IMG/VR virus record: IMGVR_UViG_3300037863_000082
Length of the DNA stretch: 64,000 nt
Strand: one strand, 5' to 3'
Source: an uncultured virus (IMG/VR IMGVR_UViG_3300037863_000082)
Lineage: Duplodnaviria; Heunggongvirae; Uroviricota; Caudoviricetes
The notes below the pieces were generated by a model. The model worked only from the letters and a program-made list of their open reading frames with translations. It had not been told where the DNA came from and searched no databases. Position numbers and translations under genes: made by a program. Shown piece after piece: positions 21,211 to 33,100 of this stretch. Numbering within the stretch: position 1 is the first letter of the stretch; each line of letters starts with the position of its first letter.

Positions 21211-21416
21211 TACTGGGAGATTTCTGCCGAAGCTTCTTTAACTTTTTCTGTTAGCTTTTGCTCAACAAAAGCATAGACTCGATCAAAAGCATCGGAGATG
21301 TTTTCTCCATCTCTCCTAGAGTCTTCAATGCCGATATCAATTCTCAGTGACTGAAAGTTGCCGACATTAAGCGTATAGCCCAAAGAAATAGTTACCTTGG
21401 TTTGCTCGTTTTCCAT
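21210..21416 (-). CDS. Hypothetical protein
   Basis: MENEQTKVTISLGYTLNVGNFQSLRID; internal ATG chosen to avoid overlap. Confidence 0.7.
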   Translation of the reverse strand: MENEQTKVTISLGYTLNVGNFQSLRIDIGIEDSRRDGENISDAFDRVYAFVEQKLTEKVKEASAEISQ

Positions 21417-21430
21417 TTTCTCATACCCTT

Positions 21431-21961
21431 CTATATGGATTCGGTCCAAATTGGTATGAACCGACCATCTTCTGTTCTCGTATAAGTAAGAATACCATCT
21501 CCAAGACGCCTTGTCAACTCCTGAAATGTGGGAGTTATGTCATTCGTAATCAGTTTATCTTTTCTTGGTCTGCCCTGGTGATATGTTGAAAGTATATCAC
21601 GTATTTCTTTTACCTGATCTTCAGAGTAGTAAGCCTTGACTCGCCATGCTCTGGCACCGCCCACCTGAGCACCAGTCGGTGGGGGTATCGCACCGTTCTT
21701 CATAAGATTTGGCATATATTTTGGATGCCTGTTAACAAGCTCTGCGGTTTGTTTTACAGTGTAAGCCTTTTTTCTATTTTTCATAAAATCAGAGTAGAGA
21801 CAAGACTCAAGCCTATCTTCAACAATGTTGTATAAGGACACAATCCCATGAGACCTGTTCAGATGGTGCAGCCTAACAAGTTTTTTGTTCAAAAAAAATA
21901 TTCTTTGACTTGCCTTTACAATTGGCAGACTATTATATTCTTCTATTGTTACCAATGGCAC
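21431..21961 (-). CDS. MerR/Xis-like HTH DNA-binding protein
   Basis: AYTVKQTAELVNRHP...GAIPPP...RVKAYYSEDQV. Confidence 0.65.
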   Translation of the reverse strand: MPLVTIEEYNSLPIVKASQRIFFLNKKLVRLHHLNRSHGIVSLYNIVEDRLESCLYSDFMKNRKKAYTVKQTAELVNRHPKYMPNLMKNGAIPPPTGAQVGGARAWRVKAYYSEDQVKEIRDILSTYHQGRPRKDKLITNDITPTFQELTRRLGDGILTYTRTEDGRFIPIWTESI

Positions 21962-21969
21962 AAAGACTC

Positions 21970-22413
21970 CTAGTTTGGTATACCAACAATAATAATATTT
22001 ACAGCCACAGAAAGCTCGCCACTGGCATTAAACTTTACTGTTCCACGAACACCGGACGTCGTGATTGATTTAAGAATTACCGAAACATCTTTTCCGGCTT
22101 GGGTACCCCCGAAGTTAACTGGGGTTGCTGTTACAACCGGGGCGTATTTAAAATCTGTTGGAAAAGAGTAGCTAAAGTCTGTTTCGTTTCCTGCCGTTAC
22201 AGAACTGTTATTTGCAACCTCAACATAGCCGCCAATAATTCTAGCCTCGGAAGCTTTTACATTTTGCTTACCAGCGGCGGGGGTGTCAATTGTTACATAT
22301 TTTTGACTAGAGGGTGAGACCTGAGCAGAAAGCTCATTGATTGCGTTTGCAACCTGATACAGATATGTTAAATCTAGAGGCTGTCCTCTTTCCGGTAGCG
22401 GTATTCTTGCCAT
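21970..22413 (-). CDS. Probable virion/tail-associated protein
   Basis: Beta-rich FSYSFPTDFKYAPVVTAT; end of the tail block; own TGGTATACT -10. Confidence 0.6.
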   Translation of the reverse strand: MARIPLPERGQPLDLTYLYQVANAINELSAQVSPSSQKYVTIDTPAAGKQNVKASEARIIGGYVEVANNSSVTAGNETDFSYSFPTDFKYAPVVTATPVNFGGTQAGKDVSVILKSITTSGVRGTVKFNASGELSVAVNIIIVGIPN

Positions 22414-22431
22414 AGTTATTCTAGTATACCA

Positions 22432-22980
22432 CTAAATCGTGATGTCGTACAGCTGATACATTTTTAAAAATGCTTCTTCTGTCGGTAGTGTTGCACCTAT
22501 ACTTGTGTCAAACCTTTGAATTGGTTCTCCCCTAACATATACTTCTATGTCTGCCATATTAACACTTAACTCTGTCGGTACGCCAGCTATCAAAACAGTG
22601 CTTGGCTTAATCAGTCCAGCATTGTTTCCAGAGATTCTTTCTATATAGGACCAATCTCCATATGTAGTATCATTGTGCCACCTTACCCAAACATCATATT
22701 GCAAAACCTCTCTAATAAAGTTTTCTTGAGATTCTGATTCCCAGTATATTGGAATCGGGTCCCATGTAATATTTAACACATTGCCACTTTTGCTTGATGT
22801 AATGTTATTTGGAACAAAAAAATAGCTTGGTGTCATTAGATAGGTTGGCGACCAGTGAGAGATCCTGTTCCTGTCTTCTGAAACCAGCCTATACCTTACG
22901 TAATAACCACGATTTTCAGAGCTTATTGGAGGAAGGTCTGCCTGCTTAACGATGACTTTTTTAGTTCCTGGATCCGACAT
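22432..22980 (-). CDS. Minor tail protein (FN3-like)
   Basis: YYVRYRLVSED...SHWS, ITWD; tail block position. Confidence 0.6.
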   Translation of the reverse strand: MSDPGTKKVIVKQADLPPISSENRGYYVRYRLVSEDRNRISHWSPTYLMTPSYFFVPNNITSSKSGNVLNITWDPIPIYWESESQENFIREVLQYDVWVRWHNDTTYGDWSYIERISGNNAGLIKPSTVLIAGVPTELSVNMADIEVYVRGEPIQRFDTSIGATLPTEEAFLKMYQLYDITI

Positions 22981-24422
22981 TAGTTAACCCCAATAGCAAA
23001 CCTAAATTCAACAAAGTTTGTTGAGTTTGCTGCCTTGACGACAGGCAGGGCATCATTATTTTTAATGGCTGTATATCCTGTCAAACCGTAAAGAGGATTT
23101 CTGGTGGTTACGTTATCAAGTCTTAATGAATCTACGGCAACATAATAGTCTTCTGATGGTACCAATGTGCCCTCGTCATCTACGCTAACACAAACATACA
23201 CAAGAACAACGTCTACTATTGACCAAGTAAAGCCTGAGCTTCTTGTCAACTCCTGTAGTTCTTTTTCCACAACAATGTATCTGCTGTTTTCAAAATTGTG
23301 CTCACCATAGGCACCTAGCTTGGTATCGTATTCGAATGGATACACGCTAGACCTGTCGCCGGTTCCATTGTCTAGGTTTACCTCAAACCTCGCATACTCT
23401 CCTTCTCCAGAAACATCTGTAGAGGCAAACTCAATCATAACCTTTACATTGTCTGGTACAGTTACAGTTGGAGACGCAATCGTTCCACCTGTTTTATTCA
23501 AAACAGAAAAAGCTAGTTTAAGTCTGTCGGTTGGGGCATTTTTATCAAGAGCTAGGTTAACACCAGTTAAGTGAATATGCTCGGAACCGGAGTTAATTGT
23601 TATTTTATCATTTACGTCAAAGCCTAGATCTGCGGTGTCGCCCTGAACCACAACAACGTTGTTAAAAAATCTTGGCCTTTCGTACCTTGCAACCCTGTCT
23701 GGATATGTAAACAAGATGTTATCTGCGTTTGTTTGAAAAACAGACATATCGTTTCCGCGATAGGCGTCAGGAATTTCGTTTTCTGTTCCACCGTCGTCTA
23801 GCTGGCCAAGGGCTACAGGTATAGATCTTGCTTCAGTAAGTGTGTGATACTGCCAATTCTCGGACTGCGTGAAGTTATATATAGTCCGGCTATCATACGA
23901 TCCTGCCGCTGGGTTTGACCCTGCTGAATAAACCCCTACCTCAGTAATTTCGTATCTTTCTTCTGTTGGAAGCTCCGCAGTAAATACAACTTGTGGAACA
24001 CCGTTGTCATTAACATATCCCCTAGAAATAATGGGAACTCTGAACATTTCAAAATCTAGGGTTTCCTTACCACGATAATCTATTGAAACCAAGCCCGCTG
24101 GGCTAACTGCGGTTGAAGAAACTGGGTCGCCAACTGCCTCTTGATCTGTTATAAATGTTGTTTCGCTAGGAACATCAGTGATTGCGAACTCTCCATTAAA
24201 ACCTTCTACGCCAGAAACAATAATTCTAGAGCCCGGCTCAAATCCATGTGCCTGGGATGTTGTAAGGGTATGTATCCCATCAGTAAATTCTTTGTTTGTT
24301 ACAGAAACATTAGTTTCTATCAATGGTTTTGGGCCGCAGCCTATTGCAATATAGGAAGCATAAGCCGGGGCTTGTCCTATTAAATATTTAGCCAAAATGT
24401 TTTTGCCAGTGTTTGTAATCAT
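22980..24422 (-). CDS. Minor tail protein
   Basis: MITNTGKNILAKYL N-terminus; HGFEPGSRIIVSGV (FCCH-like) insert. Confidence 0.7.
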   Translation of the reverse strand: MITNTGKNILAKYLIGQAPAYASYIAIGCGPKPLIETNVSVTNKEFTDGIHTLTTSQAHGFEPGSRIIVSGVEGFNGEFAITDVPSETTFITDQEAVGDPVSSTAVSPAGLVSIDYRGKETLDFEMFRVPIISRGYVNDNGVPQVVFTAELPTEERYEITEVGVYSAGSNPAAGSYDSRTIYNFTQSENWQYHTLTEARSIPVALGQLDDGGTENEIPDAYRGNDMSVFQTNADNILFTYPDRVARYERPRFFNNVVVVQGDTADLGFDVNDKITINSGSEHIHLTGVNLALDKNAPTDRLKLAFSVLNKTGGTIASPTVTVPDNVKVMIEFASTDVSGEGEYARFEVNLDNGTGDRSSVYPFEYDTKLGAYGEHNFENSRYIVVEKELQELTRSSGFTWSIVDVVLVYVCVSVDDEGTLVPSEDYYVAVDSLRLDNVTTRNPLYGLTGYTAIKNNDALPVVKAANSTNFVEFRFAIGVN

Positions 24423-24431
24423 ATTTTCCGC

Positions 24432-25010
24432 CTAGTATATTGTATCATCTAAAAGCTCTTGCACACTAAATAGTCTAACGTCAACGTCTATGTCTTGTGG
24501 AACATTTACAACATTTATAGTTAGATCTGCAGTTTCGGGATCAAAGTATATTGTTTCTCCATTTGGCCCAGTACCAATTTCTGGTATATAGTCTGAAAAT
24601 TTAATTGAAAAGTTTTTAAAGAAATTATCTGATGGGTTTGAGACTGGAAGAATGTTAGAAGGGTTATAGTTAAAGGCAATTTGGTTTAAATTTTTAATTG
24701 GACTATAAAAAACATTTTGTCCATTAACAATATCGTTTCTTGCAATGTTGATGATTTCTTGCCCACCAATATTTTCAAATATCAAATCTACCATTATGTC
24801 AGCATCGACTGCCTCGTCACCAGTAATAATTAAATCTGGTGTAGCTACCTTTACAGCATTGCTTGCAAGAGTTGTTAGTGGCTTTGGGGTTTGCAAGACG
24901 GGTGGAACGTACTGAAAGTCTCCACCAGTATCTCCGTATACTTCGTAATATCCAGGGTTTTGTTTTGGTCCGTCTCTTTCCGGATCATACTCTTTGCTTT
25001 CTGCAACCAC
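24432..25010 (-). CDS. Minor tail protein
   Basis: Coupled within the tail block. Confidence 0.6.
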   Translation of the reverse strand: MVAESKEYDPERDGPKQNPGYYEVYGDTGGDFQYVPPVLQTPKPLTTLASNAVKVATPDLIITGDEAVDADIMVDLIFENIGGQEIINIARNDIVNGQNVFYSPIKNLNQIAFNYNPSNILPVSNPSDNFFKNFSIKFSDYIPEIGTGPNGETIYFDPETADLTINVVNVPQDIDVDVRLFSVQELLDDTIY

Positions 25011-28000
25011 TATACCACCTCGCTTAGATAAACATTCATTGTTGGGCCAACACTAGATCTTTTATACTCTACAGCATAAACTACAAATCTTTTGCTTTCT
25101 TCTGAAACCTGATCAACATTTTCGTTTGACTTATACCTTAAGGAAACAAGATCTCCCAGCTGAATAGTTGGCATAGAGAAAACGCTAAGGCCAACAGACT
25201 TTCTCTTTTTGCTAATTTTTGACATTAACCATCTCATAAGGTCTGTTGCATCGTCTTGTGTTTGTATATACGGAGCCTCCAAAGAGAATGCTTTCCTGCC
25301 GTTATTTACACGACTTTGTCTAATGTCTATGTAGTCTTCTTTATATTTTTGTGGAGATATAATTATGTTTTTATTGCTAAGCTGCGGATCAGAGAAACTG
25401 CTGTGCTTTGAATAAAATTCGTCTACGCTTAGTTCGTGTTGTGATTGCTGGGTAAAGGTTACACCCTGAATTCTCAAATAGTTTCCACTGGTTTCGTCTA
25501 AACTAATTGTGGTATCTGTTGCATTAAAGACCAAAAACTCTGCCCCGTAGGACCCGGCAACAAATCCGGAAACAACGTATCCCTTAATTTTATTAAAGGT
25601 TGGAGAAATTTGAGAATAAAGAGCAGGGAAAGCCTTGTCATACCTGATATCAAAATATGAGGCCTCTCTCATAATTGTTCCAAATTCTTGAAAATATATT
25701 TTATGATTTGGCGTATCGATTGGGCTGATGCCTGAAAGATACGTAGACTGAACAGATCCAGAAATGGCGTATTTGTTAAAGGAATCGTTTACCGATATTT
25801 CGCTATCACCAAAGATTGAGTTAATTGGGGTGCCAACGGAAGAGGAGGTGTCTTTGGCATAATCGTTTGTGATTGCATAAATATTTTCAAACATGCACCT
25901 AGCACTACCTCTAACAAACAATGCCATGTTGCTATAGGTCGGAAGTGGCTCAGGGTCATCAACAACTGCCACGACCTTGTTGTTGATATATAGATAAAAC
26001 CTTCTTATACCGGCTACGTCCTCGTACTCTACAGCAAGGTCATAGACCGTAGTATTTGATTCTCCGGACATTCTATATTGACCTGTAAAGTTTCCGTCAT
26101 CTACAAGTATATTTGCAAACCCACCCCAAAGTTTTTGTGGAATAATCTTATCCGAACCCGACTCTTTAGAAGTTTTATAAAAAATAACATTGTGTATTTC
26201 TCCAGCCAGATCATAGCTATCTACATTGTTATTTGTTAGTGCAACAATTTCAAAAAAGTAACCGTTGTGTGTTCTTGGATTTAGCATAACAGCCAGGCCC
26301 CCAGATGCGCCAGAAACGTTATTCTCCTGGTTGGGCTGTAGGCTTTGAGCAATATAGTAAGAAGAGCTGCCAATTGGCGTCTGCCCACGACTTTCGTTGT
26401 TTTCAACTCTGCCAATAATTCTCATCCTCGTTCCAAAATGCCTAAACTTATTGTCTAGATCTTTGTGAACATATTGAACAAAATCAATTGGATCTTGATC
26501 TGTCTCAAAAGATGGGCCATTAACAACCAGGGCCGATGACTGAACGGTTCCAGACTGTGTTGCATATATCTGATTCGTTTCTGACTCTGTCAAAAATGAA
26601 GTACTTAAAAAGTTTTTAATAATGCCATTACGAGTTGTTTTGTTTGCAACCGTTTGGCTTGAAGCTTCTTTGATTTCGCCAAGTGGCTCGCCGACTACTG
26701 TTGCCGGCAAGTCTTCTGCGGCATATCCGGAAGAGCCTTCTGCAAAAATAAATCCGGACTCCATTTCGTAAGCTTTTACGTTATCGTTGTTAGACCAGTA
26801 TGGGTCTATTCCTGCTGGATGGTATGCTACTTCAGTTCCAAATTGCTCTCTGCCGTGCTTGGCCACCGGTCCGTTGCTTAGTCTAGTAACGCCCTCCACA
26901 ACCTCATAGTTGGGCTCTGAGTAAATCCTAATTAATCCTGTTGGATAAATCTTTCCATTAAACGGAAGGCTGGCAAAATATTTCTGATATTCTTGGACAT
27001 CAGAAATCCATAAATCACCAACGCCAGAGACACTATACTCTACGGCATCATATCTAATTATTTCTCCATTTGAATAGAAGTATCCGTTATATCTGCTTAG
27101 CCAATAGATACCCTCGCCCAAATCTATTGTGTTATTTATTAGTCTATGAGAAACAACTTCTGGCGGAGATGCTACTAGTGAAGAGTTTAGTGGTATCGCA
27201 GCCAGTGTGTATGTTGACTGAGAACCAGAATCATCATTTTTAGACCTAACATTTTGCTCTCCGGCAACCTCCCAAAGAAGTACCGGCTTGTAAGACCAGG
27301 TTTTTTCGGCATCAATTAAGCTGGCCTGTCTCAGCGATCCGTAAGATCTTTGAATATATCTGCTTACATAATTGATTGACCCGTCATTATAAACTTCAGT
27401 TTCTTGAGAGCTGAGGGCTTCAATGTTTGTTAAGACAGGCTTTGTGTTTTCGTTTAGCCTTACCCCGGTGTCCTGAAAATCTTTTGTACCGTAAAGTATT
27501 AAGTCTGTTTCTCTTTCAGACTCTTCCGGCATAATGTATTCTTTTGTCATCATAATAAAATTATTATATTCATCAAAGAACATTGCTGTTTGTGTTGATA
27601 TAGCTATGTCTTGAAGAACCTGTGCAATAGTAATGTCCGGTCCGATAAAGAAATATGGAATTACTGGCTCTGGCTTTCCGTCAATTCTTTTAAAACTATA
27701 ATTTGAAAAACCAATTGAGTCTAACAACAGAGATACCGCATAGCTTACAGATGCGTTCTGAACCAAAACCTGTGGTGCGGTTATCGATTCAAAGTAAAAC
27801 ATCAGATCTCTTAGGCTAACACCAATATCTCTAGTTTCTGCGTTTGCTTCTGGAAAACCATCAACGTACAATGTCTTAATTGGAACGTAGTAGTCTTCTA
27901 AACCTACGTCCTCAATCTTTTCAAAAAACTTAACCTGTATATTTTTTGAAACATATCTAGACAAAATACTGTTTGTATTATTTTCATTAAAAGCTTCATC

Positions 28001-29359
28001 AAAATCAAAGATGTTCATGGATCCGGTAGACGCCAGAAGTTGTCCGACAGGCATTCCGCTTATCCCTAGGTCAGATGCTGTTTTTGTTACATCAAATCCT
28101 TCGACCCTGTCAGAGATGTCCGCTGTTAGTCTAGGAGACAACTCTATTAAATCAAAAGTAGAATCAACCTTGTTCATTGTTTCCACAACTACTCTTATTC
28201 CGTCAACATAGTCAAACTCTCTATAAGCAATTTGCTTGTTTGCTGGATTAATAAAGCTATCTGGATTAACTAAAGTTTTTACAAATGGTGTTTGATTTGT
28301 TACACCCTCGTCGGCAAGGCCCCAGACATATTCTGGCACGAAGCTTTCATATGGATTGGATGAGGACTCTCCATTCCACACATAAAAAGACCCTACCTCA
28401 AGATCAGAAGATTTTACAAAATATGCATCACCGAATGTTCCGGACGTGGGCAATACACTAGAAGAAGAGTATGATGCCAAATGCTTAAAAGATATTGCAA
28501 ACTTTTCTGGAATTCTTAAACCATAGTATAACTCAACATATCCATCTGGGCCAACAATTGGGGTGCCGTCGGACCTTACGGAGTCCTCTCTGAAAGAGAC
28601 CGCGTCTGACCAAAGGTTGCCTTTAAGTACCTGAACCCTCCACCTAGATGGCGTTGTCTGATTTGCGTAACCAAAAAACGGATCTTCCAAGTTTCCATTT
28701 GCATTAGAAAATCCACCAAGCTCTACGGTGCCAACATTTGTTTGCATCTTTACAACAATTCTATTTGCAGGAACTGCATTTTTATAAACAACAAATGGTG
28801 CTGCATCATCTATATAATATGAGCTTCCGGCAGAAACATTGGCAACTCCTCTTTCGAAGCCACCCTCTGTTCTATACGATGTCCAATATTTGAATACATC
28901 ATCTTTATGTGCCAGGTAGTATCTTGGCCTATTTGCCATGTCTATATTTGTATGATGCGTATACTTTCCAGCAAAGTATCTAGCCTTGTTTATTCCTGAT
29001 CTTGGCCTGAATCTGTCAAAACAAGATTGCAAAGAAAATAATAGTTTTTCTTTTTCTTTTGGTGGAGTAAATAGAATTGGGGTAACGTCATCGTCTTTAA
29101 TACCGCCCTCTACCAATACATCTGCGTCTGTTGCTCCGGTGTAATAGTTACCGTCATCTTCTGGATCAAAGTTTTCTGGAATATTTGAATACAAAAAATC
29201 TTCAGACTCTGGGTCGGTGGCTATTGTTCTGTTTCTATAATTTCCAACTAAAGATATATTTTCTGCAGTATTTAAATTCCATTCTGCAATGACAACAGAC
29301 TCAAGTCTTACAGAAGAAGATGTTTCTAGGTGGTTCTTAAGATTTTCGCTAACAAACAA
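25010..29359 (-). CDS. Large minor tail (hub/tail tip) protein
   Basis: 1449 aa, two genes after the TMP; C-terminal YIQT...PTIQLGDLV. Confidence 0.75.
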   Translation of the reverse strand: MFVSENLKNHLETSSSVRLESVVIAEWNLNTAENISLVGNYRNRTIATDPESEDFLYSNIPENFDPEDDGNYYTGATDADVLVEGGIKDDDVTPILFTPPKEKEKLLFSLQSCFDRFRPRSGINKARYFAGKYTHHTNIDMANRPRYYLAHKDDVFKYWTSYRTEGGFERGVANVSAGSSYYIDDAAPFVVYKNAVPANRIVVKMQTNVGTVELGGFSNANGNLEDPFFGYANQTTPSRWRVQVLKGNLWSDAVSFREDSVRSDGTPIVGPDGYVELYYGLRIPEKFAISFKHLASYSSSSVLPTSGTFGDAYFVKSSDLEVGSFYVWNGESSSNPYESFVPEYVWGLADEGVTNQTPFVKTLVNPDSFINPANKQIAYREFDYVDGIRVVVETMNKVDSTFDLIELSPRLTADISDRVEGFDVTKTASDLGISGMPVGQLLASTGSMNIFDFDEAFNENNTNSILSRYVSKNIQVKFFEKIEDVGLEDYYVPIKTLYVDGFPEANAETRDIGVSLRDLMFYFESITAPQVLVQNASVSYAVSLLLDSIGFSNYSFKRIDGKPEPVIPYFFIGPDITIAQVLQDIAISTQTAMFFDEYNNFIMMTKEYIMPEESERETDLILYGTKDFQDTGVRLNENTKPVLTNIEALSSQETEVYNDGSINYVSRYIQRSYGSLRQASLIDAEKTWSYKPVLLWEVAGEQNVRSKNDDSGSQSTYTLAAIPLNSSLVASPPEVVSHRLINNTIDLGEGIYWLSRYNGYFYSNGEIIRYDAVEYSVSGVGDLWISDVQEYQKYFASLPFNGKIYPTGLIRIYSEPNYEVVEGVTRLSNGPVAKHGREQFGTEVAYHPAGIDPYWSNNDNVKAYEMESGFIFAEGSSGYAAEDLPATVVGEPLGEIKEASSQTVANKTTRNGIIKNFLSTSFLTESETNQIYATQSGTVQSSALVVNGPSFETDQDPIDFVQYVHKDLDNKFRHFGTRMRIIGRVENNESRGQTPIGSSSYYIAQSLQPNQENNVSGASGGLAVMLNPRTHNGYFFEIVALTNNNVDSYDLAGEIHNVIFYKTSKESGSDKIIPQKLWGGFANILVDDGNFTGQYRMSGESNTTVYDLAVEYEDVAGIRRFYLYINNKVVAVVDDPEPLPTYSNMALFVRGSARCMFENIYAITNDYAKDTSSSVGTPINSIFGDSEISVNDSFNKYAISGSVQSTYLSGISPIDTPNHKIYFQEFGTIMREASYFDIRYDKAFPALYSQISPTFNKIKGYVVSGFVAGSYGAEFLVFNATDTTISLDETSGNYLRIQGVTFTQQSQHELSVDEFYSKHSSFSDPQLSNKNIIISPQKYKEDYIDIRQSRVNNGRKAFSLEAPYIQTQDDATDLMRWLMSKISKKRKSVGLSVFSMPTIQLGDLVSLRYKSNENVDQVSEESKRFVVYAVEYKRSSVGPTMNVYLSEVV

Positions 29360-29363
29360 GAGG

Positions 29364-30152
29364 CTACACCTCTTCCAGCGTTACCGATATATCCCAGTAA
29401 TCATGATTGGTGGCGCCACGCTTAACAACGTCATAAGTGAAGTCTGCAAAGAATACTTCGATTACCTCGTTATATTTTCCAAGATTCTGATATGCAGAAT
29501 CATTGTTGCCAAAGTTACGATAATTATCATAGGCTAGGTATACCCAGAATGATCCAGAGTGGTTTCTGTACCACTCTAGCATTTCGACTCCCCCGGCCCC
29601 ACCATCGCTGGTGTATTGAAGTTTTTCAATAAGCTCATAGCCAGTAATCGATGTTGATGCAGCAGACGGAACTCTGATTCCATCAAGAGCATTGTTTGTA
29701 TCAATATTTTCTGGGTTGCTGTCATTAATAGTGAATGCGCTATTTGTTGGCCTACCGGTTTCTGGATCAAAAAGTGGTGGTCTGGAGTAAGACCTTGATG
29801 GCAACATTTTCCAAGAAGAAGAAATTGTAAGCTTGTCTGCAACGTAGTAAGACCTCATCCTACCATTTACCATTCTTTTTCTTTGCTCTATTCTTGTGTT
29901 TTTAAACTGAATAGATTCTCGGTTATCGTCAGAAAGAATTAAAAACTGATCAACATCGCTAGAAGTTAATTCCGCAACGTCGGAAAGGTTTGCCCCAACC
30001 TCAAAACCTGTAGGAACATAGAAGCCATCAACGACAGTGCCGGGATTGTCTGCCCACAACATTGCCTGTGGTCTTCCATACTTTACTCTGCCCACAACTT
30101 GTGGATTTTCTTCTAGATTAGATGAGCCATGAATATAGTCTTTAGTAGTCAT
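29364..30152 (-). CDS. Distal tail (Dit-like) protein
   Basis: Immediately after the TMP; RMVNGRMRSY, WDISVTLEEV. Confidence 0.65.
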   Translation of the reverse strand: MTTKDYIHGSSNLEENPQVVGRVKYGRPQAMLWADNPGTVVDGFYVPTGFEVGANLSDVAELTSSDVDQFLILSDDNRESIQFKNTRIEQRKRMVNGRMRSYYVADKLTISSSWKMLPSRSYSRPPLFDPETGRPTNSAFTINDSNPENIDTNNALDGIRVPSAASTSITGYELIEKLQYTSDGGAGGVEMLEWYRNHSGSFWVYLAYDNYRNFGNNDSAYQNLGKYNEVIEVFFADFTYDVVKRGATNHDYWDISVTLEEV

Positions 30153-33100
30153 CAGAACCTGTTCCCTCTAACTCTATAATTATCAACACGCTTGATTTCA
30201 TTAATTACCGTTCTTGCAATCGCATCTGGGTTTGCATTAGATCTTACATTTACCGCTAGATTATAATTATACACCGAACCGTCGCTGTATTGTCCACGGT
30301 TTATTTGTTCTAGCTTGTCTGTTCCAATTTTGCTAACCGCTGGTCTTCTTACAACAAACTCTCCCGGCGTTAGCATGGCTGGAACAATGTCTGAGCCCAT
30401 AGAGAATCCACCGGCAGCAAGTCCCTGTACTTTGCCACCCATGGCGTACTTTGCAACTGATCCACCAACTGACATTCTGCTTGGAATAATCATTCCTCCG
30501 CCAGCTTTTTTGGTAAAAAAATTTTTAATAGTAGATACTGTATTCTTGACTGCGGTTATGGGATTCCACTTAGCAACATGTGTTACAACTTTTGCTACCG
30601 TATCTTTCATAGCGTTTGCAACTTGCCCAAGGCCAGTAGTAGTGTTAGCCATTCTTACCCTATCGGCCGCTGTGGGGACAGACGGCGGAAGCATTTTAGG
30701 TGCTGGAACAAATTCTTTTGAGCTTCCGCCACCGGTCCATCCAACAACTGCGAGCCTGGGGTCGGGGTCTTTGCTAGTTGTGCCGCCTGGTGTCGGTGCT
30801 GCTGGTGGTGCTGCTGGTGGTGCTGCTGGTGGTGCTGAACTGCCGCCACCTCCGCCTCCTCTGGAAGAAGCTTGACGTTTCGGTGCTGGTGGTGGTGGCG
30901 GTCCTTCTGCTAGCTTAGATATCAGCTCGTCTACTATACCCAATCCCTCTTTCATAGAGTCAACAAATTTGTAGTTAGAGGCGGTAGCTAGGTCAATGGC
31001 ATTAGCTGTTGCGTCCCATTGATCTTTTGTTTTATCCAAAACAGTAAGTGCTTCTATTTGAGACTTAAGCTCTATCTGCCCAAGCCTTACTCTTTCTTGT
31101 GCTGGCTCTAATCTTTGTTCTTCTATCTGGAAAATTTGATCTTCCAGCGACTTTACCTTTTCATTAACCTGATCTCTGTTTAGACCATCAGACGACTTTA
31201 CCCCGGAAATTTCTGCCTTCTGAGCTGCCTCCAAAACAGACCTCTGCGTATCTGCAGCGTCTTGTGTCTGTGTAGACCTGGCCTCTTGTGCGGCTCTGGC
31301 GGCAGCGGCAATGTCTCCCTGGCTTAAGGCGTCTGCAATGCTAAGTTGACTTTTTTGTGCTCTAGCAATTCTTTCGTTGGCTTCTCCAACTTTATCTAGT
31401 GCCTCAAAGCGTTTTTCGTATCTTTCATTAATAACGTCTTCTTGCGCACCGATATCTCTTAGCTGCGCCTGGTAGTTATCAAGCTCATATTGAATTTTTG
31501 CAATTTCGTTTTGAGCATCCTCTACAATCTTATTATCATCTTCCATTTTAAGGTCAAACTGCATTTGAAGTTTTTGCTCTTGAGAATCAAATGCTTTCTG
31601 AGCATTCCCCATAGCGTCAGACCACACACTCTGCTGACCTCCAATAGTAAGTTTCTTTATTTTAAGCTCTAAGTCAGCCTGCGCTTCTGCGTTAGCAAGA
31701 GCCCTTTGAAGATCTGCCGAAGAAATGCTTGGGTTTAAAAATAGAGCCTGAAGGTTAGAGTCGCCAAGGATTGCTTCAATTTGAGCATCGGTATACTGGC
31801 CTTGCGCTTTTGCCAATTTGTTTAGGGTCTGAACCCTCTTGTCAAATTCTTTGTTCTTGTCCTTAATTGCATTAATGGTTTGTTCTTTTTCAGACTCTCT
31901 GTTGTATCTTTCTTGCATCTCTGTTACTTGTTGCGTAATTCTTACAATTTCACGAAGCTCTTCTGCGGTTGCAGCCATAGCTATAGCTGAGGCGAAAGCG
32001 GTATCTTGAACAGCCTTGAATGCCTCTGTGTAGGACATTCCAGAAGCGGTAAGCTTATTCATAGCGGTAAATTGATTTTGGGTATTTTCGATGAACTTCC
32101 TTTGATCATTAACATATTCACCAAGTGATATAGAGTTGAGGGCCGCCCCCACACTTTTTAGCCTGTCAGTAAAACCGGTAATGTTTCCACCGGCGTCAAA
32201 GCTGAACAGCTCATTCTTTCTCTTTTCATATTCATCAGGATCCATACCGGCAATCATTTCGATTAGACCTTCTCCAGCGCCAAGTCTTCTCATTTGTTGC
32301 TCAAGGCCATCAAAGACATTAATTGATTTTCTTCCACCGGCAAAGAGATCTTCTAGGGTTTTTGCGGCAGCATCAAATCCTTCTGCTACCTTAATTGTTG
32401 CGAGTCTAAGATCTCTAAGCTTTTTGGTTAAGCCATCTAGCATAGAACTAGCTTTGCCACCTCCACCGTTATCTTCTCCTTCGTCGATTATAGATCCTGC
32501 CGCAGCTCTTTGTGTATTTAAGAATTGCATAGTTGTTCCGGCGGCAAGGCTATTTGCATCTGTAACAGTCTGGCCACCAACTTGGGTTCCGCCATATTGA
32601 TCAACTAAAGCATCGTATCCGGGTGTTGTTTGAACTCCTAGTTGAGTGATAATGCTATACAGGGCATCCTTTTGCTCATCATCATCGATGTCGTCCCAAA
32701 TTAATTTTGCTATGGCTAGAGCTTCGTCTCCAAATGTTCTTTGTACATAGTTAAGATCCATGGTTACGCCACTTGCTGCGTCGGCTTCAAGTTGGTCTAT
32801 GCTTGCATTTAATTCGTTTCTTGCATTTTCGTCATTTATATAAACATCTAGTATTACAGATGGATCGCCGCCAACAAGGTTTGTCGCCACCCGTGTTGCA
32901 GCGGTCACACCCTCTAGAGCTGCCGTTGAGTCCGCTAGATTATTTGGATCAAAAAGACTAAGATATTGTCCCTGTAGTGCTGGATCATCTATTAGGGTCA
33001 AAACATTTTCTACTTCTTTAGAGAATCCTTCACCAAAATCTGTAATGATTCCTATTCTTTTTTCAGATATTTCGGGGAACTCTTTATATTCGGAAACTAT